DNA from: Callorhinchus milii
Lineage: Eukaryota
DNA: 64,000 nucleotides
Assembly (NCBI RefSeq): GCF_018977255.1
Contig: NW_024704742.1
Location: 7,566,001 to 7,630,000, forward strand
Reading direction: 5' to 3'
The translations under genes and the position numbers were made by a program. The notes below the pieces were generated by a model. That model had not been told where the DNA came from. It saw nothing but the letters and a program-made list of their open reading frames with translations, and did no database searches. This document shows, in pieces, positions 1 through 14,025 of this stretch; position 1 is the first letter of the stretch, and the number at the start of each line of letters is the position of its first letter.

Positions 1-209
1 TCAAGTCCCTTGAGTCAGCTTCTCTCCACAAATTAGCATGTTAAGTGCCAAAATCATCACCGTTCTTTCTTACATGTGTTTTTCTCCAATGCAACGTCCT
101 TATATTCAGGTGGTTTTGAAGTGCATTTTGTAACTTGTATTAAAAAACTCAAGTGAATGGCTAAATTTGACAGAATAGGACACTGTCAAGGTAGAAAGAG
201 TAAAAAGAA

Positions 210-820
210 AATGCTGCACGCTGTTGAGTTTCCTTGTCCTGGCTTGACTACGCCAATTGCCTGCTCGCTGGACTTCCCAACTCTTCCCTCCACAAGCTGC
301 AGATTATTCAGAACTCTGCAGCTCGTGTCCTCTCCCGCACCGGGCTCTGCAAACTAATCACCCCTCTCTTGCCTGGCTTCACTGGCTGCCCATCCCTTAG
401 AGAATTGAGTACAAAATCCTTGTTCTCACCTTCGAAGCCCTCCACGGTCTTGCTCCCCCCTACCTCTCCGAGCTCCTATCCCCATATCAGCCTGTCCGCA
501 TGGTAGACACCAGCCTGCTTCAGGTCTCTCACACTTCTCTCCCCACCATTGGTGTTCAGGCATTCAGTATCTCTGCCCCACACTTTGGAACTCTATTCCA
601 CAATCCCTCCGCCTCACCCCCTCTCTTACCTCCTTCAAGTCCCATCCAAACACCTTCCTCTTCCACCGTGCCTTCAGTCACCTTCCCACCCCCACGCCCC
701 ATGCCTCCATCCCTCCTGACCCCAACTCCCAGCTCGGGTCCAGAAACCCCTGACTGTCCAGTGCCCTGGGACGTCTTTCCGATATGAAGGGCGCTATACG
801 TGTGTAATTTGTTGTCGTTT
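210..820 (+). mobile_element. L2 LINE 3' fragment
   Basis: LDYANCLLAGLP..LQIIQNSAARVL motif and L2 tail ctgtccagtgccctgggacgtc...aagggcgctata. Confidence 0.85.
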
Positions 821-1128
821 CAAAACCTGTGCATTAAAGAACATAAGAAAGGCTTGAACAAGAAAGGTCATCCAGCCCATCAAGCCTGCTCCATCCTAAG
901 CCATGCAAATGGTATCATGTTTGCCCAGAAAATACACAGGAGCCTATTTTTGAGTGGGTGTAAAACCAGAGCACTGTTCATTTGGTAGCAAGTTGATCAT
1001 CTTGCTCAGAGAGACCTCACACTAGCTGATGTGAAGCAAAGATTTCACAGGAGAGATAATCCTCTGAAGATGTGGGTTGAGGCAGAGTATAAACAACTAT
1101 ATTCTGAGTGTCACTACTGCCAGACATA

Positions 1129-1505
1129 GGAGTCCTGTAGCTCAGTGGTGAGAGAACTCATCTCACAAGTGAGAGGACCTGGATTCTATTCCCGACATAG
1201 CGAAATGTTGGGCAAGTTTCCTTATTCCACACGCCTCTGTTTATCTTGCAGTAAGTAGGAACCCAGTTGTAAGTCGGTTGGTGGATCGCTTTTCCAGTGA
1301 TAATAATTCCTTTAAAAAAAATAATAATAATAAATTGGTCACTCAATCCAGGACTCTTTGTGGGAAACTGCTGTACGCAATTGGCTGCCGTGTTTCGCCC
1401 ACAAAATGTACAGTCAATTCTTTTACAGTATATTCTGTTAAGCGCTTTGAGACATCTCAAAGACATGATAAAGTGCTATATCAAATGCAAGGATTATTAT
1501 TATAA
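1129..1505 (+). mobile_element. Full-length tRNA-derived SINE (Deu-like core, L2-type tail), long variant
   Basis: Head ggagtcctgTAGCTCAGTGG (A box 1138-1148), B-box-like ggattctattccc, body shared with more than 15 copies in the window, (tta)n tail. Confidence 0.9.
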
Positions 1506-2329
1506 TGGGAAAGTGTTCCATTTCCCAGGATCATCCCTCACCTTGGTAAGCCTGGAATTCATAACCAAAGATTTAATTGAGATCAGATTTCCAGACATTT
1601 TGGAAGATGCAGCATTCACCAACCTATAAGCAACCTGAGTTCATGGCATCTCTCAGTTTTAATTGCAGAAAAGATAATAGCTGCCAGTACCTTCCAAGTT
1701 ATCAAATACATTGTTTTTGCAAAGAAGTTCTAAATCAAAATGAAGTAAAGACTATTAAGTATAATTGCAAATCACTGTTATGATTTTAACCACAACAAAA
1801 CACATTTTTACTGCACTGGCAATGACTGGTATATTTTTCTTTAAAAATAATTAAGTATTTGCATCAGTTTATTAAAATGTAGGTGTTAATATAAACAGGC
1901 TGTCAACTATGATTCAGTCAATATTTACTAATCCTGTACAAGAATGAGCTTTCAGTAATCTCAAGTGTCCTTTTTAATAGTTCACATCAGGCTTTAATAT
2001 TAAAAACAAAATTGCATTAGAAATAAATCAGTTGACCTTTGTTTTCAGATTTAAATTAGCTCCATGTGTGTTTCACTGAAACAGAACATTGCCGCAGGAA
2101 TGGGATTGTGGAGGAAAGTGCACCTGCACCAGCTAAAGAAGGAACACGATTGAGCTGCGTGAATGTCCCAAATCACAAAGCAGGCCTTGCCTTCATTATT
2201 TCACTGAAGCCACACTGAGTCCTCAGAGAAGGCGGGAGGGCTGATGCACTGTTAATGAACCTTGCAGAAAAAACATCAAAAACTCATTACGAGGGGCTTG
2301 GCTGCACATTGGATTACAACATTGTCCTT

Positions 2330-2900
2330 TCACCTCCGGGACCTGGAGCCGAAACCAAAATGAATAGGAAGAATGTGTCCTCTCCCTGATGGCCATAAGA
2401 AAACAAGTAGACCAAATATAGAGGGAGCTCGGTAGATAGGTTGGGCTGATAAATGGTAGATGCCATTTAATTTGGGTAAATGCAAAGTGATTAGACTGGG
2501 GAGGGGGAATGAGCAGAGGGAATACAGACTGAAAGGTAATAGACTGCAGGACACAATGCACGTGAAGCATCTGGGTACTGCTTGATAGCGCGGTGAAACA
2601 TTGAGCACAGTGTGGCAGCAATAAAGACAGCAAACTGAGTCTCAGCGTGTATTACAGCTGGGACATAGAACATAAATCCCAATAAGTGACAGCAATCATG
2701 TCTAGAACACTTGTCCTATCCCACCAGAGTATAGCCTGGTCACTGTAGTAACGGTAGGAACAGCTTAGCACTGGTGAAGGTACAGTGGAGAACAACTAAA
2801 TTAAATCGACTGCAATGGAATGGAAACTAGGAATATTCTAACTGGAGAAGAGAGGGCTCCGAGGAGATCTTATTGAGGTTTCGGGATCATAAGGAATACT
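2330..2900 (+). mobile_element. Degenerate CR1 LINE ORF2 fragment
   Basis: WADKW*MPFNLGKCKVI, HLGTA, and gagagggctccgaggagatcttattgagg remnants. Confidence 0.65.
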
Positions 2901-3544
2901 ATAAAGATAAATTGAATTTAATCACTCGATACAGTGACAGTTTGCAACAGGTTTCACCAATGGTGACCCATCGCCATTAATGGGGACTATTTATTGCCAG
3001 TAATCAGTCAACTTAGCCCCCATAATCGGTTCCAATGCTTTGGAGAGAGGGAATCATAATATTAATAATCCTTGAATTTGGTAGAGTGTCTTAACACCTC
3101 TTCGAGACGTCTCAAAGCGCTCCACAGTAAAGTGAATTAACTGTATATTTTGTGGGGAAATCAGTAAATTGGCAATAATGTACCACTGGACCCTGCCAGG
3201 ATTCCCCGTTATTGAGCCGCAATCAGTGAATCTCATTGCAAACTGACTGTACTGAAGCCCAGATATATTTGATATAACCATGAACTAACAAGCAGACAAA
3301 AACACAAGGCTCAGAAGAGTGAAGGTGGAAGTGTGAGCAAACAATTTAGGATAAGTATTGTACACAACCGGTGGTGGATACATGTTGCCCAGACTGATAA
3401 TGGCAGTAGACAAATGAGTGCTGCTCCATTTCTGAACTCTTCCTATATTTGTGCTTTTCACTTCATTATTAAAGAGCGGAAGGAAGGCTTACAGTCATTC
3501 TCCACTCTTAAAGTATGACTTAGTCTTCCTCAGTGTAGTTTACA

Positions 3545-3910
3545 ACAAAAACAACAACTTGCATTTATACAGCGTCCTTCACGTGGGGTAGGGTCCTAGG
3601 GCGCTTCCCAGTGGCGGAGTCTGGCAACGAGTCAAGTGAAGACGAACGGGGGAGGTGACTGTGAGCACGATCAAAAAAAGGAAGGTCTTTAGGTGGGGTT
3701 TGAAGGTGGTGAGGGTGGGAGGCAAGGCGGAGGGATTGAGGGAGAGAGTTTCAGAGTTTTGGGGAGTAGTAGCTGAAGGCACGGTGGCTACAGATGGTGG
3801 AGCGGGGGGCGCGAGGAACAATTAGGAGGCTGGAGCCTGCCAGGGCGGCAACGAGTGGTTAAGCATGTTGGGTAGGTAGGGAGGTGCGAGGGAATGAAGT
3901 GATTCGAAAA
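3545..3910 (-). mobile_element. L2 LINE 3' fragment (second subfamily)
   Basis: Tail acaacttgcatttata..cttcacgtggggtag and purine-rich body shared with the 49280, 60375 and 61345 copies. Confidence 0.8.
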
Positions 3911-5436
3911 TGTTTACTGCAGCAACAGTGTCTATGACCCATTTTGACCAATGTTCAGGCATTCCCCACTGCAGCAGATGAGCCTTTTGTCCCTGGCAGC
4001 TCAGAACTCTGAAGCTGAGGTTTTCAAATGAAAATCACGCTGTGGAGTCTGGGGCTCCAGTGGAATCGGCTGTTGGATCTGAACTCAGTGATAATTTAAG
4101 GCAGCTATCAAACTGGATTTGGATTCACATCTCCAGAGGTCAATGTGTCACATCCTTTATTGTGGTTCAATATTTGCAGATCGTATCCCATGTGTGATTC
4201 TCGAGGGCTGCTGGATAATAATTATGCAACACGACAGCTGTCAGGAATAACTTCCATGGACTTCAGGATTGGTCTGTTCTCCGCTTGAAAAGAAATGGTG
4301 GACAATAAAAACAAAAATACGTTTCTTAAACCGGATATTAATTTAATGTTTTAAGAGCAGAATGGACGAAATAGTTCAGCCTTTGGGGAAGGGAAGGAAC
4401 AGATGCCATCTGAGAAGAGAGACTGTTCACATTCAGCAATGCTAACCTCGCTAGTCTCAATTACTATGCACATGTCTGGGAGTTGTGGCTGGGGAACGAT
4501 TATAAGGAGAAGTTCAATGCTTTGCCTGGCAGCAATCCTTCATGGGAGTGAGCTTGTAAAATATAGCGAACGGTCAACTTTAGGTATAGAATTTTAATTT
4601 AGTCAAATCAACCTCTGCGTAAGAATCAGCATATTGGTTAACAGATTCGATGCATTAATTAACCCATCAAAGAAACACTGCAAATCCCAGTTAATAACTC
4701 ACGACAAAAATTATGATGTGAACCTTCCTGTTTCCCTCCTCCCTTCTTTAGCACACAAAGATTTTAGCTGTGCCATTGCTGATACTGACTGGGTTTCAGT
4801 GCCCCTTCACGGGATAATATTTGGCCCACAAAATATACAGTCAATTCACTTTACAGTATATTCTGTGAAGCGCTTTGAGACGTCTTGAAGACATGATAAG
4901 GAGTTATCTCAAATGCAATGATTATTATTATTATAATATTGGAACTCAATATTTGGATTGGTAACAGCAACAGGACAAAATCTTAGGTGGGGGGAGAGGC
5001 GGAGACGGGCATACTAGTGGTCAGCCTTTAGTTATGGCCTGAATATTGCCTTGTTTATTAACAGGGGTTGAATGCAATGATGGATTTCGCCAAATGTAGA
5101 AAGTCTTGTTAAATGCCTCAGATGATAAATGATGAAACAGAGCACCTACAGAGCTGACTGATTCAATTATCCAGACCAGGTAAGACCCGAGCTCATCTAT
5201 CTGTTAAGAAACATAGGAATTTTCACTCCAGATTTTCTCTTCTTTGGAACAAGAGAAACCAGAAGATTGCTATAGACTACCTTTAACACTTACTACCAAT
5301 ATTGTGCAATGTTCTTTTTTTATATTCATAAAACTATTTTGGCCTCATTTAAAGCTAATGGGCAACACAGAGCTCCATTCCTTTATCTTTCTAGCCATGA
5401 TCTAAATCAAATAGCCTGCTTACATCTGTGTTATCT

Positions 5437-5722
5437 GGCGAAAAGTTGGGCAAGTTTCCTTACTCCACACCCTCTGGTTACCTAGCAGTAAGTAGGAACC
5501 CGATTGTTAGTTGATTGGCGGATCACTTTTCCGGGGGTAATAAACCCTTCAAGAAAAAAAATGCTAATAATTTGTTCACTCAATCCACGACTGTTTGTGG
5601 GACACTGCTGTGCGCAATTGGCTGCCGTGTTTCGCCCACAAAGTATATAGTCAATTCACTTTACAGTGAAGGGCTCTCGAAGATGTGATAAGGCACTATA
5701 TCAAATGCAAGGATTATTATTA
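5437..5722 (+). mobile_element. Same SINE family, 5'-truncated
   Basis: Aligns by eye to 1200-1500. Confidence 0.85.
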
Positions 5723-6789
5723 GTATCTACGCACCTCAGCGTTCAGCTTTAAAGTGTGAACAACAAGCAAGAACAACTGATTGCATTTATACAGCCCCTT
5801 TCACATCGGGAGGACATCCCAAGGCACTGGACAGTGAAGGATTTGCATCTGAGTTTATTAAGATTGTAGTGCATCACTCCCTCAATCTATGAGCCTTTGC
5901 TCATAACTGGGGACTCTTATTCCCCAGTCACCTTTCACTGAACTCTGCCCAGTGCATCAACGTCCTCCTAAAGGCTTGCAGTTTTTCTAAATTCGGCCTC
6001 TGTAGTTCAGAATGACTTTGTTCCTGCAGCCGTCGGGGAGAGAGGTTAGTTTTATTGAAGCTGATTTTACCTCTGAGCTCCAGATGGGTAGCACCCAGTG
6101 TCAATCATTCATTTTATAAAAAAAAATTAATGATTTTGTCTCAAAATCAGCCACAATGTCTCAAAGCATTGTGCCACTTAATAATGAAAAAGACTAATAA
6201 TCCATATAAATTTTTATGAATTCACCTCTGCTCCCCTCACGAGCTTCAGAAGCATGATAATTGTCAGGAATATTTGAAAGTCATTGATGCATGGCAGATC
6301 GGTGTAGGAGTGAATGAAGAGCTGAAGGACATGAGCTGATTGATAGTGGGAGGTTGGGATACCCAGATGATTGCAGCTCTATGGGAGGCAGCTGCTGTAC
6401 TTTCTGTCAGCAGTAGCCATCAAGAAAGACTTGTCATATTTCATGAAACGCTTCTTAATTTAAAAACGCTTCTGAATGACATGATTGTTTACGTGTCTGC
6501 CAATTCTCCAAATAGGTTTACTGGTCCCGTCAGCACCTGTCAATCTGGAAGAGTGGCACTATCAGATACACTCAAGAATAACCCATGGCGTGATAGCTTA
6601 ATAAGTATTTCTCCAGACCCAGTCAATTGAATTATCGTAGATCGGGTTTATATACAATGTTGTTCCTTCAATTTATTTCCTAATTTGTTTCCTAGAAAAG
6701 TAGAAATAAAACTCGTATGATTTAGTTTTAAAAGCCAGGGATTTTACTTAATTAGGTTGAGATGTAGCCAACTTTCGGATTTTAATCAG

Positions 6790-6925
6790 AGTGTATACTG
6801 AAGCCCTGAGATCTGATATAAGGGTTGATGCTAGACTCACCAGACCTAACCCTCTTGAAAGGCGGGTAAGGCAAGGCTGTCCATTGTCACCCATTTTATT
6901 TGTTATATTCATTAATGATGCATTG
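6790..6925 (+). mobile_element. Non-LTR RT remnant (L1/Tx1- or RTE-like), truncated by a SINE
   Basis: 6858-6902 translates ERRVRQGCPLSPILF, the RQGCPLSP RT motif. Confidence 0.6.
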
Positions 6926-6934
6926 GGATCTTGA

Positions 6935-7187
6935 ACGTGGCAGCCAATTGCGCACAGTTTTGGTCACAAACGGTCGTGGATTGAGTGACCAAATTATTAT
7001 TTTTTTCAAGGAATTAGTAGCCCTGGAAAAACGATTCATCAATCGACTAACAACCGGGTTCCAACTACTTCTAGGTAAGCAGAAGCGTGTGGAGTAAGGA
7101 AACTTGCCCAACATTTCGCCGTGTGGGAATCGAACCCAGGTCCTCTTACTTGCAAGGCTCGCTCCCTCTAACCACTGAGTTGCAGGA
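6935..7187 (-). mobile_element. Same SINE family, head and body
   Basis: Consensus B box GGTTCGATTCCC on minus strand (~7126-7137). Confidence 0.85.
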
Positions 7188-7663
7188 CGATCTTCCTTGG
7201 TGGGGGAGGTTGGTTGGTCTCCTTGGAGCTGAACTGGCTCCAAGGTGACATGCCTGGCAAGAGAATGTTATAATCACTGCTGCTTGGAGATGGTTATATG
7301 CATCTTTCTGATGGTAAAAAGAAAGAGGCTAAACAGCAGAACTCTAGACCGAACAAAGGATAAGATTAATTCTCATGGAGTGTCTTTTTGTTACTGGTTT
7401 GGCACCATAAACATATGGTACTGAGCAATTAGAAAAGTAGATAATAATAAGGCTGCAGTTGTGGCAATGCTTCCAAATCTTTTCATCTTTGTTGTTCTGT
7501 AATTAAGGTTTAGTGAGTTTTCAATACATGTTCATCATTTAACCCATAAATTGCTGGGAGGTCTACAGAACCACTCTGAATGACTGGTTTGCAAGTTTTA
7601 TGCTTACATATGCACTTAGCATTAAAAATGCTCAAACAGTTCATAACTAAAATTAACCTTAAG

Positions 7664-8000
7664 CTGTAGCTTACTAGTTAGAGCACTCACCTCGCAAGTG
7701 AGAGAACCTTGTTTCTCTTACTCCGCACGCCTCTGTTTACCCAGCAGTAAGTAGGAACCCAGTTGTTAGTTGATTAAAGGATCGCTTTTCCAGGGGTAAT
7801 AGTCCCTTCAAAAAAACAACAATAATTTGGTCACTTCAATCCACAACTGTTTATGGGACACTGCTGTGCGCAATTGGCTACCGCAGTACTCCCACAAAAC
7901 ATACAGTCAATTGACTTTACAGTATATTCTGTGAAGTGCTTTTGAGACATCTAGAAGACATGATAAGGCATTATATCAAATGCAAGGATTATTATTATTA
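7664..8000 (+). mobile_element. Same SINE family
   Basis: Head with small deletion, full body and tail. Confidence 0.85.
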
Positions 8001-8189
8001 TAAAATGAAACTATATGCTGTAAAGATTATTTTAGGACATTAGAAAAATAAATACCAGTGTTCATTCAATGGTTCTATGCCTTTTTTCTTCTGTTACCTC
8101 TGCTTTCCATTTATAAATTTGACATTATCATTTTTTCCTCACCTTATACTCTGAGCCTATTTCACGTATACCTTTTTTTTAACCTTTTT

Positions 8190-8420
8190 ATAATAATAAT
8201 AATAATCCTTGCATTTGATATAGCGCTTTTCACGTCTTCTAGACGTCTCAAAGCACTTCACAGAATATGCTGTAAAGTGAATGGACCGTATATTTTGTGG
8301 GCGAAAGGAGGCAGCCAATTGCACACAGCAGCATCCCACAAAGAGTCGTGGATTGAAAATGACCAATTTATTACTGTTTTGTTTTGGAGGGATTATTATT
8401 AGGCGTGTGGAGTAAGGAAG
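8190..8420 (-). mobile_element. SINE, short (internally deleted) variant
   Basis: cacgcctaataataatccctccaaaa junction. Confidence 0.85.
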
Positions 8421-9351
8421 CTTTTTGAAACCTCAAAGCCTTTAATTCACTTTTCTCTGTCTCTCTGCTCCCGCTGTCCAGTGGCAGCAACTTTTTCTAT
8501 TTATAGATCAGCCTTCGCAGCAAGTGTCAAGCCGAGACTCTTAAAAAGCGAAATGTGACCCAATCAATTGACGCAAAACAATACAGTAAGACCAGAAACT
8601 CTTTGCCGCTGATGAATAGAACTGCCAGTGGCCCCAGAGACCTGATAAGTGTCCACTCTAGTTAACTGGGGATTGGGTCTCGACGCTAATCATCAGTCCT
8701 CAAAGGTTCGAATGGAATGTAGGATAGTCATAGAAGCCAAAGCACTTTAGTGAACATCACCCACATACACACAAACACAGATGGGCTAACAGGAAGCTCA
8801 CTTACCTCCCTCAGTACACTACATCCTATTTTATGGACCACATATTAATTGCACAATGGTGTACGTGGTAAACAGCATATTGATACACATTCTGAGCACC
8901 TGCTGCTGCTACAGCCAAGAGTTCACTGACCTGGACACTGATCGGTATCAGCACCTGGATATCAGTATCAGCCACTGTAAAAATTTAATTCTTAATCCTT
9001 GGATTTGACTTATCGCCTTTTCATGTCATTGAGATGCCTCGAAGCACTTCACAAGGATGTATTATAGAGTGGTGTGACAGTGTGTATTTTTGTGGGCACA
9101 AAGCCAATTTGAACATGGCAATGTCCCACAAAAGTACGCACTCATTTACCGCCCATCAAGAAAACATTTTTGGTCTCGTTGAGTGAGTGACCAATTTTAT
9201 TTGGAAATTTTTGGCTAGAACACCAGGAGAAACTCCTTCTCTTTTCGAATTGTGCCACAGGATCTTTAACGTCCACCTGAACAGGCAGACGGGACCTCAA
9301 AGGGGGGATGAAACATTAAACTGTTCTTCTGACAGTTACAATAATAACAGA

Positions 9352-9980
9352 CTACAACAATAACAACAACACAATTATGTTTATATGGCGCCTTTCACGA
9401 CGGGAGGACATCCTAAGGCGCTGGACAGTCAGGGGGGAGGGGGGGGGGAAGTAGGGAGATTGAAAGCACGGTCGAAGAGGAGGGTCTTGAGATGGGTCTT
9501 GAAGGAGGCATGGGAGGGGTCGAGGTGGAGGGACTGCGGGATGTAGTTTCAGAAGGTAGGGGCAGAGTGGCAGAAGGCCTGCCTGCCAATAGTGGGGCTG
9601 GCAAAGCGGGGGACGTGAAACAGGCCGGAGCCCGCTGAGTGGTGGGAGCAAGCAGGATGGTAGGAGGTTAGGAGGTCGCAGAGGTAGAAGGGAGCAAGGC
9701 CATGGAGGGCTTTGAAGGTGAGGACCAGAATCTTGAGCTGTATCCTCTGTGTGATGGGAAGCCAATGGAGTTGGGTGAGGATGGGGATGATAGGATCGTG
9801 GGAGAGGACACGGGCTTCAGAGTTCTGGATGATCTGCAGCCTATGGAGGGAGGAGTTGTGGAGGCCAACAAGCAAGGAATTCGCATAGTCAAACATCGAT
9901 GTAACGAAGGCGTGTATGAGGGTTTCAGCGGGCTGCGGTGTGAGGCAGTGGCGGAGCCGGGCGATGTTGCGGAGGTGGGG
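9352..9980 (-). mobile_element. L2 LINE 3' fragment
   Basis: DYANSLLVGL..LQIIQNS..LHWLPITQRIQLKILVLTFKALHGLAP; (ttg)n tail. Confidence 0.9.
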
Positions 9981-10912
9981 CAGAGAGGGTCATGGCACGG
10001 ATAGGGGTAGAAAGACTACCACTCATTATACTTGAATAATCATCAAATAGGCTAGTACCTGAAGTTAAATATTAAATTCGAGTGCATAGATTTTAGGTTA
10101 ATGCTTTTATAGCAGAAATGTACAGTGTGCACGCTGTTTGCCGCTGTTTGGAGGGTCACTCGTAAATTGATAACTAAATTTTCATCTTTCAAAGACAAAT
10201 AATGCAACCTAACATCAGTAGGACATTTTTATATCCTTTATGTAAAATGTCTTCCACGACCCCTGAAAAAAATGTATTCATCCAGTCTTTGCACAGGTCC
10301 TGTCTATCGTCTCAGGGTTTTGAGAATGTGCTGAAGAGGACTCTACAGTTAGTTTGGATTGAACTCCACTCTCTCCACTTCTAAGATAATCATTCAAGGA
10401 TTCTTCAGAGAACAAAGAGTGTCTGGCAGAGAGAGGGCACGATTTTCAATGCAGCTTAAACTATTTTCACAGTCCGTAATGGCCATTGGGAGGGTGAATG
10501 GTGGATTGATTATATCTAGCACATCTGGGCTGCTGGCTCCATAGTGGCTGTTGATATGTTCTAATGAGCGAGATTGTTAACTTGAACGTGCGCAAAAAGG
10601 GAATAAATTAATGTCTCTGTTGCAATAATTATGTGTTACTTAGTGAAAGCCAGGAGAGTTGTAAATGATGGATGCAAGCTGAGTTCTACTTTCACAATCA
10701 TTAATGACCATTGCTCTTCTGGTAAACAGCTGATTGAGGAACAGACTTGAAACAGGCCCAAAGTGGTAAGACGCTGTCGGTGGCTTTGAGAGCTACATGG
10801 ACTTAGCAGGTCACTGATCTGATTCCCAGTCTGTGCTGAGTTAGCCGATATCAGCCAAGGTGGTGGTGGAACCTTTAGAAATGGTTCCATTGCCCCTGGG
10901 AGAGAGGAAAAG

Positions 10913-11200
10913 CCTCTGTTCACCTAGCAGTAAGTAGGATTGTAGTCATAGAATCATAGAGTAGTATTGTAGAATATTACAGCACAGAAGGAGGCCATAA
11001 CGGCCCATCGATTCGCGCATCGCTTTTCCGGGGGTATTAATCCCCTTAAAATAAATCAATTTTAAAATAAATAATGTGGCCACTCAATCCACGACTGTTT
11101 GCGAGACACTTCCTGTGCACAATTGGCTGCTGCTGTGTATCCTGTGAAGCGCTTTGAGACATCCTCCCGACAAGAAAAACACTATCAAATGTAAGGATTT
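10913..11200 (+). mobile_element. SINE copy interrupted by an antisense CR1 tail (~10945-11010)
   Basis: SINE body breaks after agtaagtagga and resumes at atcgcttttccgggg; insert reads acagcacagaaggaggccat..ggcccatc. Confidence 0.7.
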
Positions 11201-11645
11201 TGAATATCAAATTGAGGTAAGACATTTGATAACCAACTCAGGCTTTAATTAATCACAAGGGTGAAGTACAGCAGCTCCTGGTAGGTGATCTCAACTTTTT
11301 AGATCTTGTATTCCACCATTTTAATTTGAAGCGAGACCCCAGAGTGACTTCTAAGATCTTTTTGCTTAATATTTATTTTCTAGGGTGCATTGGCTGAGAA
11401 GGGTTTGAAATCCTCCCAGCCAAATCAGCCTTAAGACCTTAGCTGAGACCACGCAATCAACAAAAAAGCTCATGTTTCAAGTAAATTTCTTCCCTTCTCA
11501 GCAGGTCATCTCTAGAAAATATTGACCGAACAAAACTACTTAGAAGCCACTCTAAGGGAGCTATAATGTACAACAACACTTAGCTTGCATCAAAACAAGG
11601 CACTGCATCTGATAAAGAGATCACTTGAAAAAGTAGGGATCTGGA

Positions 11646-11660
11646 CTGCCACCTAGTGGT
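11646..11660 (-). promoter_or_regulatory. CTCF-binding motif
   Basis: Minus strand ACCACTAGGTGGCAG closely matches the CTCF core consensus CCASYAGRKGGCR; lies in non-repetitive sequence. Confidence 0.65.
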
Positions 11661-13014
11661 TGTGAGTAATTAACACCAGCGACGGTTAGCAAACTCTGCG
11701 AATTGTACCCTGAAATGCAAAAACTGAGATTACTGTCTTACTCAGTCAACTAAGATGCCTAGTGCCCATGAAACTTTATTTCCAGTATGAATCAACCCTT
11801 GCTTCTCTGTCGTTTTGCCCTTAATTTCACTCATTGTTTGCCTAGGTCAAGCATTCAGATGTTCTCAAAAGAGTAGACAGCACACAAAATAAGATGTATA
11901 AGAGAACATTGCTCGCTGGATCTTTGTCAAGCACAGATCCAGCATTGTATTAAATGGAGCTCTGGATAAAGCAGCACAAATTGGGTCTGAGAATTTAAGG
12001 GATAATTTAATGGGGTAAATGGTGATATCATAAAGTAAGGAAAAGTACACCACCATAGAATGAGTATTCAACCTGTGGTGTGTTAATTATGAGCGGTATG
12101 TTAAAATGGCCATTGGACTTGTCAGTCAATGAATTGGACTGCTTGGTTGCAGAAAGCAGCTTAACTCAATCATGAAGAGTAAAGTTTGTAGAAGCTAACC
12201 AGCAGTTCAATGCAGGTCAGGAAATCCAAAAAGCACCATCGACTGATTTTGTGCCCGTTTACAGTGAATGAGTCTGGGGTTACCACCCAAGGAGGTGATT
12301 TCACCTTGCTTCAACCCTAATTCTGACTTCCAGCTGACGTGCCATTCAGTTCACCTGTGGTAACAACACATTGCCATTGCCTTAAATGTTGCAGTGCTAA
12401 AAATTAAATCTATCCTGATCATGAACATGGCATTTACAATGATACACTTTTATTACGGCTTGCATCCTGCTGAATGTGAAGCAACGAATACACCTTACAT
12501 TTATGTAGCAGATTTCACATTGGGAGATCCTCTAAGCGCTTTGGAGCGAATCTGGGATGGAGTTTCCAAAGAGCGGGGGCAGAAAGACTGAAAGCCCACC
12601 CACATTCTAATGGTAGGGTGGATCCATGAAGCAATCAATGTTTCTGCAGCATCAATCACTCACAAGTTCCTCCTTTACTCTTTTTAATTTGTACCTGGTG
12701 GCCAAATGCAGTGGTTTTCATCAGGACTCCTTTAATGAGGAAACTGGAAATATATTATTGCTGACCCACAGCTTCATCTTCTTTGGGAGCAGAGTTCCCT
12801 TACATTGGTTTGATATACCCCTGGTCACTGGACAGATTCCCAAATCTCAACAAGGAATCCCATCAGAAACGATTGCACATTTTGGACTCCAAGATTTTCA
12901 TGCTTCTTCTGTATCTTTGTACATAATCAATTAGGATTAAAACATTGTTAACCTAGGGATGTACCCTGTGAGTGGAAAGGTAATTGGATGAATCAGTTTG
13001 GGAATATGATTGGA

Positions 13015-13200
13015 TAATAATAATACTAATCCTGGCATTTGATATAGCGCCTTATCACGTCTTTGAGACGTCTCAAAGCGCTTCACAGAATATTCTGTAA
13101 AATAAATTGACTGTATATTTTGTAGGCAAAACGCGGCAGCCAATTGCGCAAACCAGTGTCCCACAAACAGTCGTGGGATTGAGTGACCACATTAATATTA
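13015..13200 (-). mobile_element. SINE 3' half
   Basis: Same core and tail. Confidence 0.85.
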
Positions 13201-13616
13201 TTATTATCATTTTGAATGATAATTGAACTATGAACTCTAATTGGGTAAACTAACTTCTGGCTCCACCCTTTTATCACGGTCATCATTTGGTCAAAGTTTG
13301 GGGCATAAGATATGATGTTTAGTCAAACGTTGGAGAGAGAGATGCCTTAAAGTTGGCCAAAGGCAATATCACCCTTGTCCCAGAGAAGGTAAAATGATCA
13401 ACTACCAACTATCTCTGTATTAGTTGCCATTATATTACACTATCTTAATATTTGTCATAATTGTACTTGACTGGTCTTAGATTGAGATTGTTACCATTGT
13501 ATTGTGCATTAATGAAGTAAACGACTGACTGAACCATTACTGTCGTGGTCATTGTCTCACAAGTACCCTTCATGTGTCACACACAACTCTCCTTTTTCTG
13601 TTTCAAGGATATGCAT

Positions 13617-14025
13617 GTCAGCCTGGCTCAGCTGTTACGACTCTCGCCTTTGAGTCAGAAGGTGGTGGATTCAAGATCAACATGGGGACATGAACTCACA
13701 TATTCTAAGCTGACACTCCAATCCAGTGCTGGGGGTGTGCTCCATTGCTGAAGTTGCAGTCGTTTCAGACGAGACGTTAAAACAAGGCCTGCCTGCTCAG
13801 GTGGACGTGTCACTATTTGAAATGAGAATGGAGTTCCTCCCGAGGTCCAGCCAACAATCCCCCAAATAAAATTCATGGCCGTTTATGGGACATTGTTTTC
13901 ACACAATTGGACTGTTACCTTTGCCTACAAATACGCAGTCACTACATTTCAGTGAATCCTATGAAGTGTTTTGAGACATCCTGCTGACGTGAAAAGCGTT
14001 CTACCAAATGCAAGAATTATTATTC
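13617..14025 (+). mobile_element. Older full-length DeuSINE (SacSINE1/AmnSINE-like)
   Basis: tRNA-like head (ggctcag..gagtcagaagg..ggattcaag), Deu-domain-like gagacgttaaa..caggtggacgt..ggagttcctccc, L2-like tail; related fragments at ~9000-9300, 25550-25730, 25890-26130 and 41630-41890. Confidence 0.7.

Noticed and set aside
1129..1205. tRNA gene (Ala-like) at SINE heads, also at 14940, 24700 and 42098
   Set aside because: A/B boxes are present but continue into SINE body; no complete cloverleaf or terminator
1278..1505. Recurrent short ORFs such as [16 protein letters not shown] seen in many places
   Set aside because: Translations of the SINE 3' region, not a protein family or a CRISPR-like array; copies are dispersed and in both orientations
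8590..8710. Possible LF-SINE-like relic (also ~40860-40960)
   Set aside because: Only a few short words resemble the consensus as I recall it; not supportable without an HMM search
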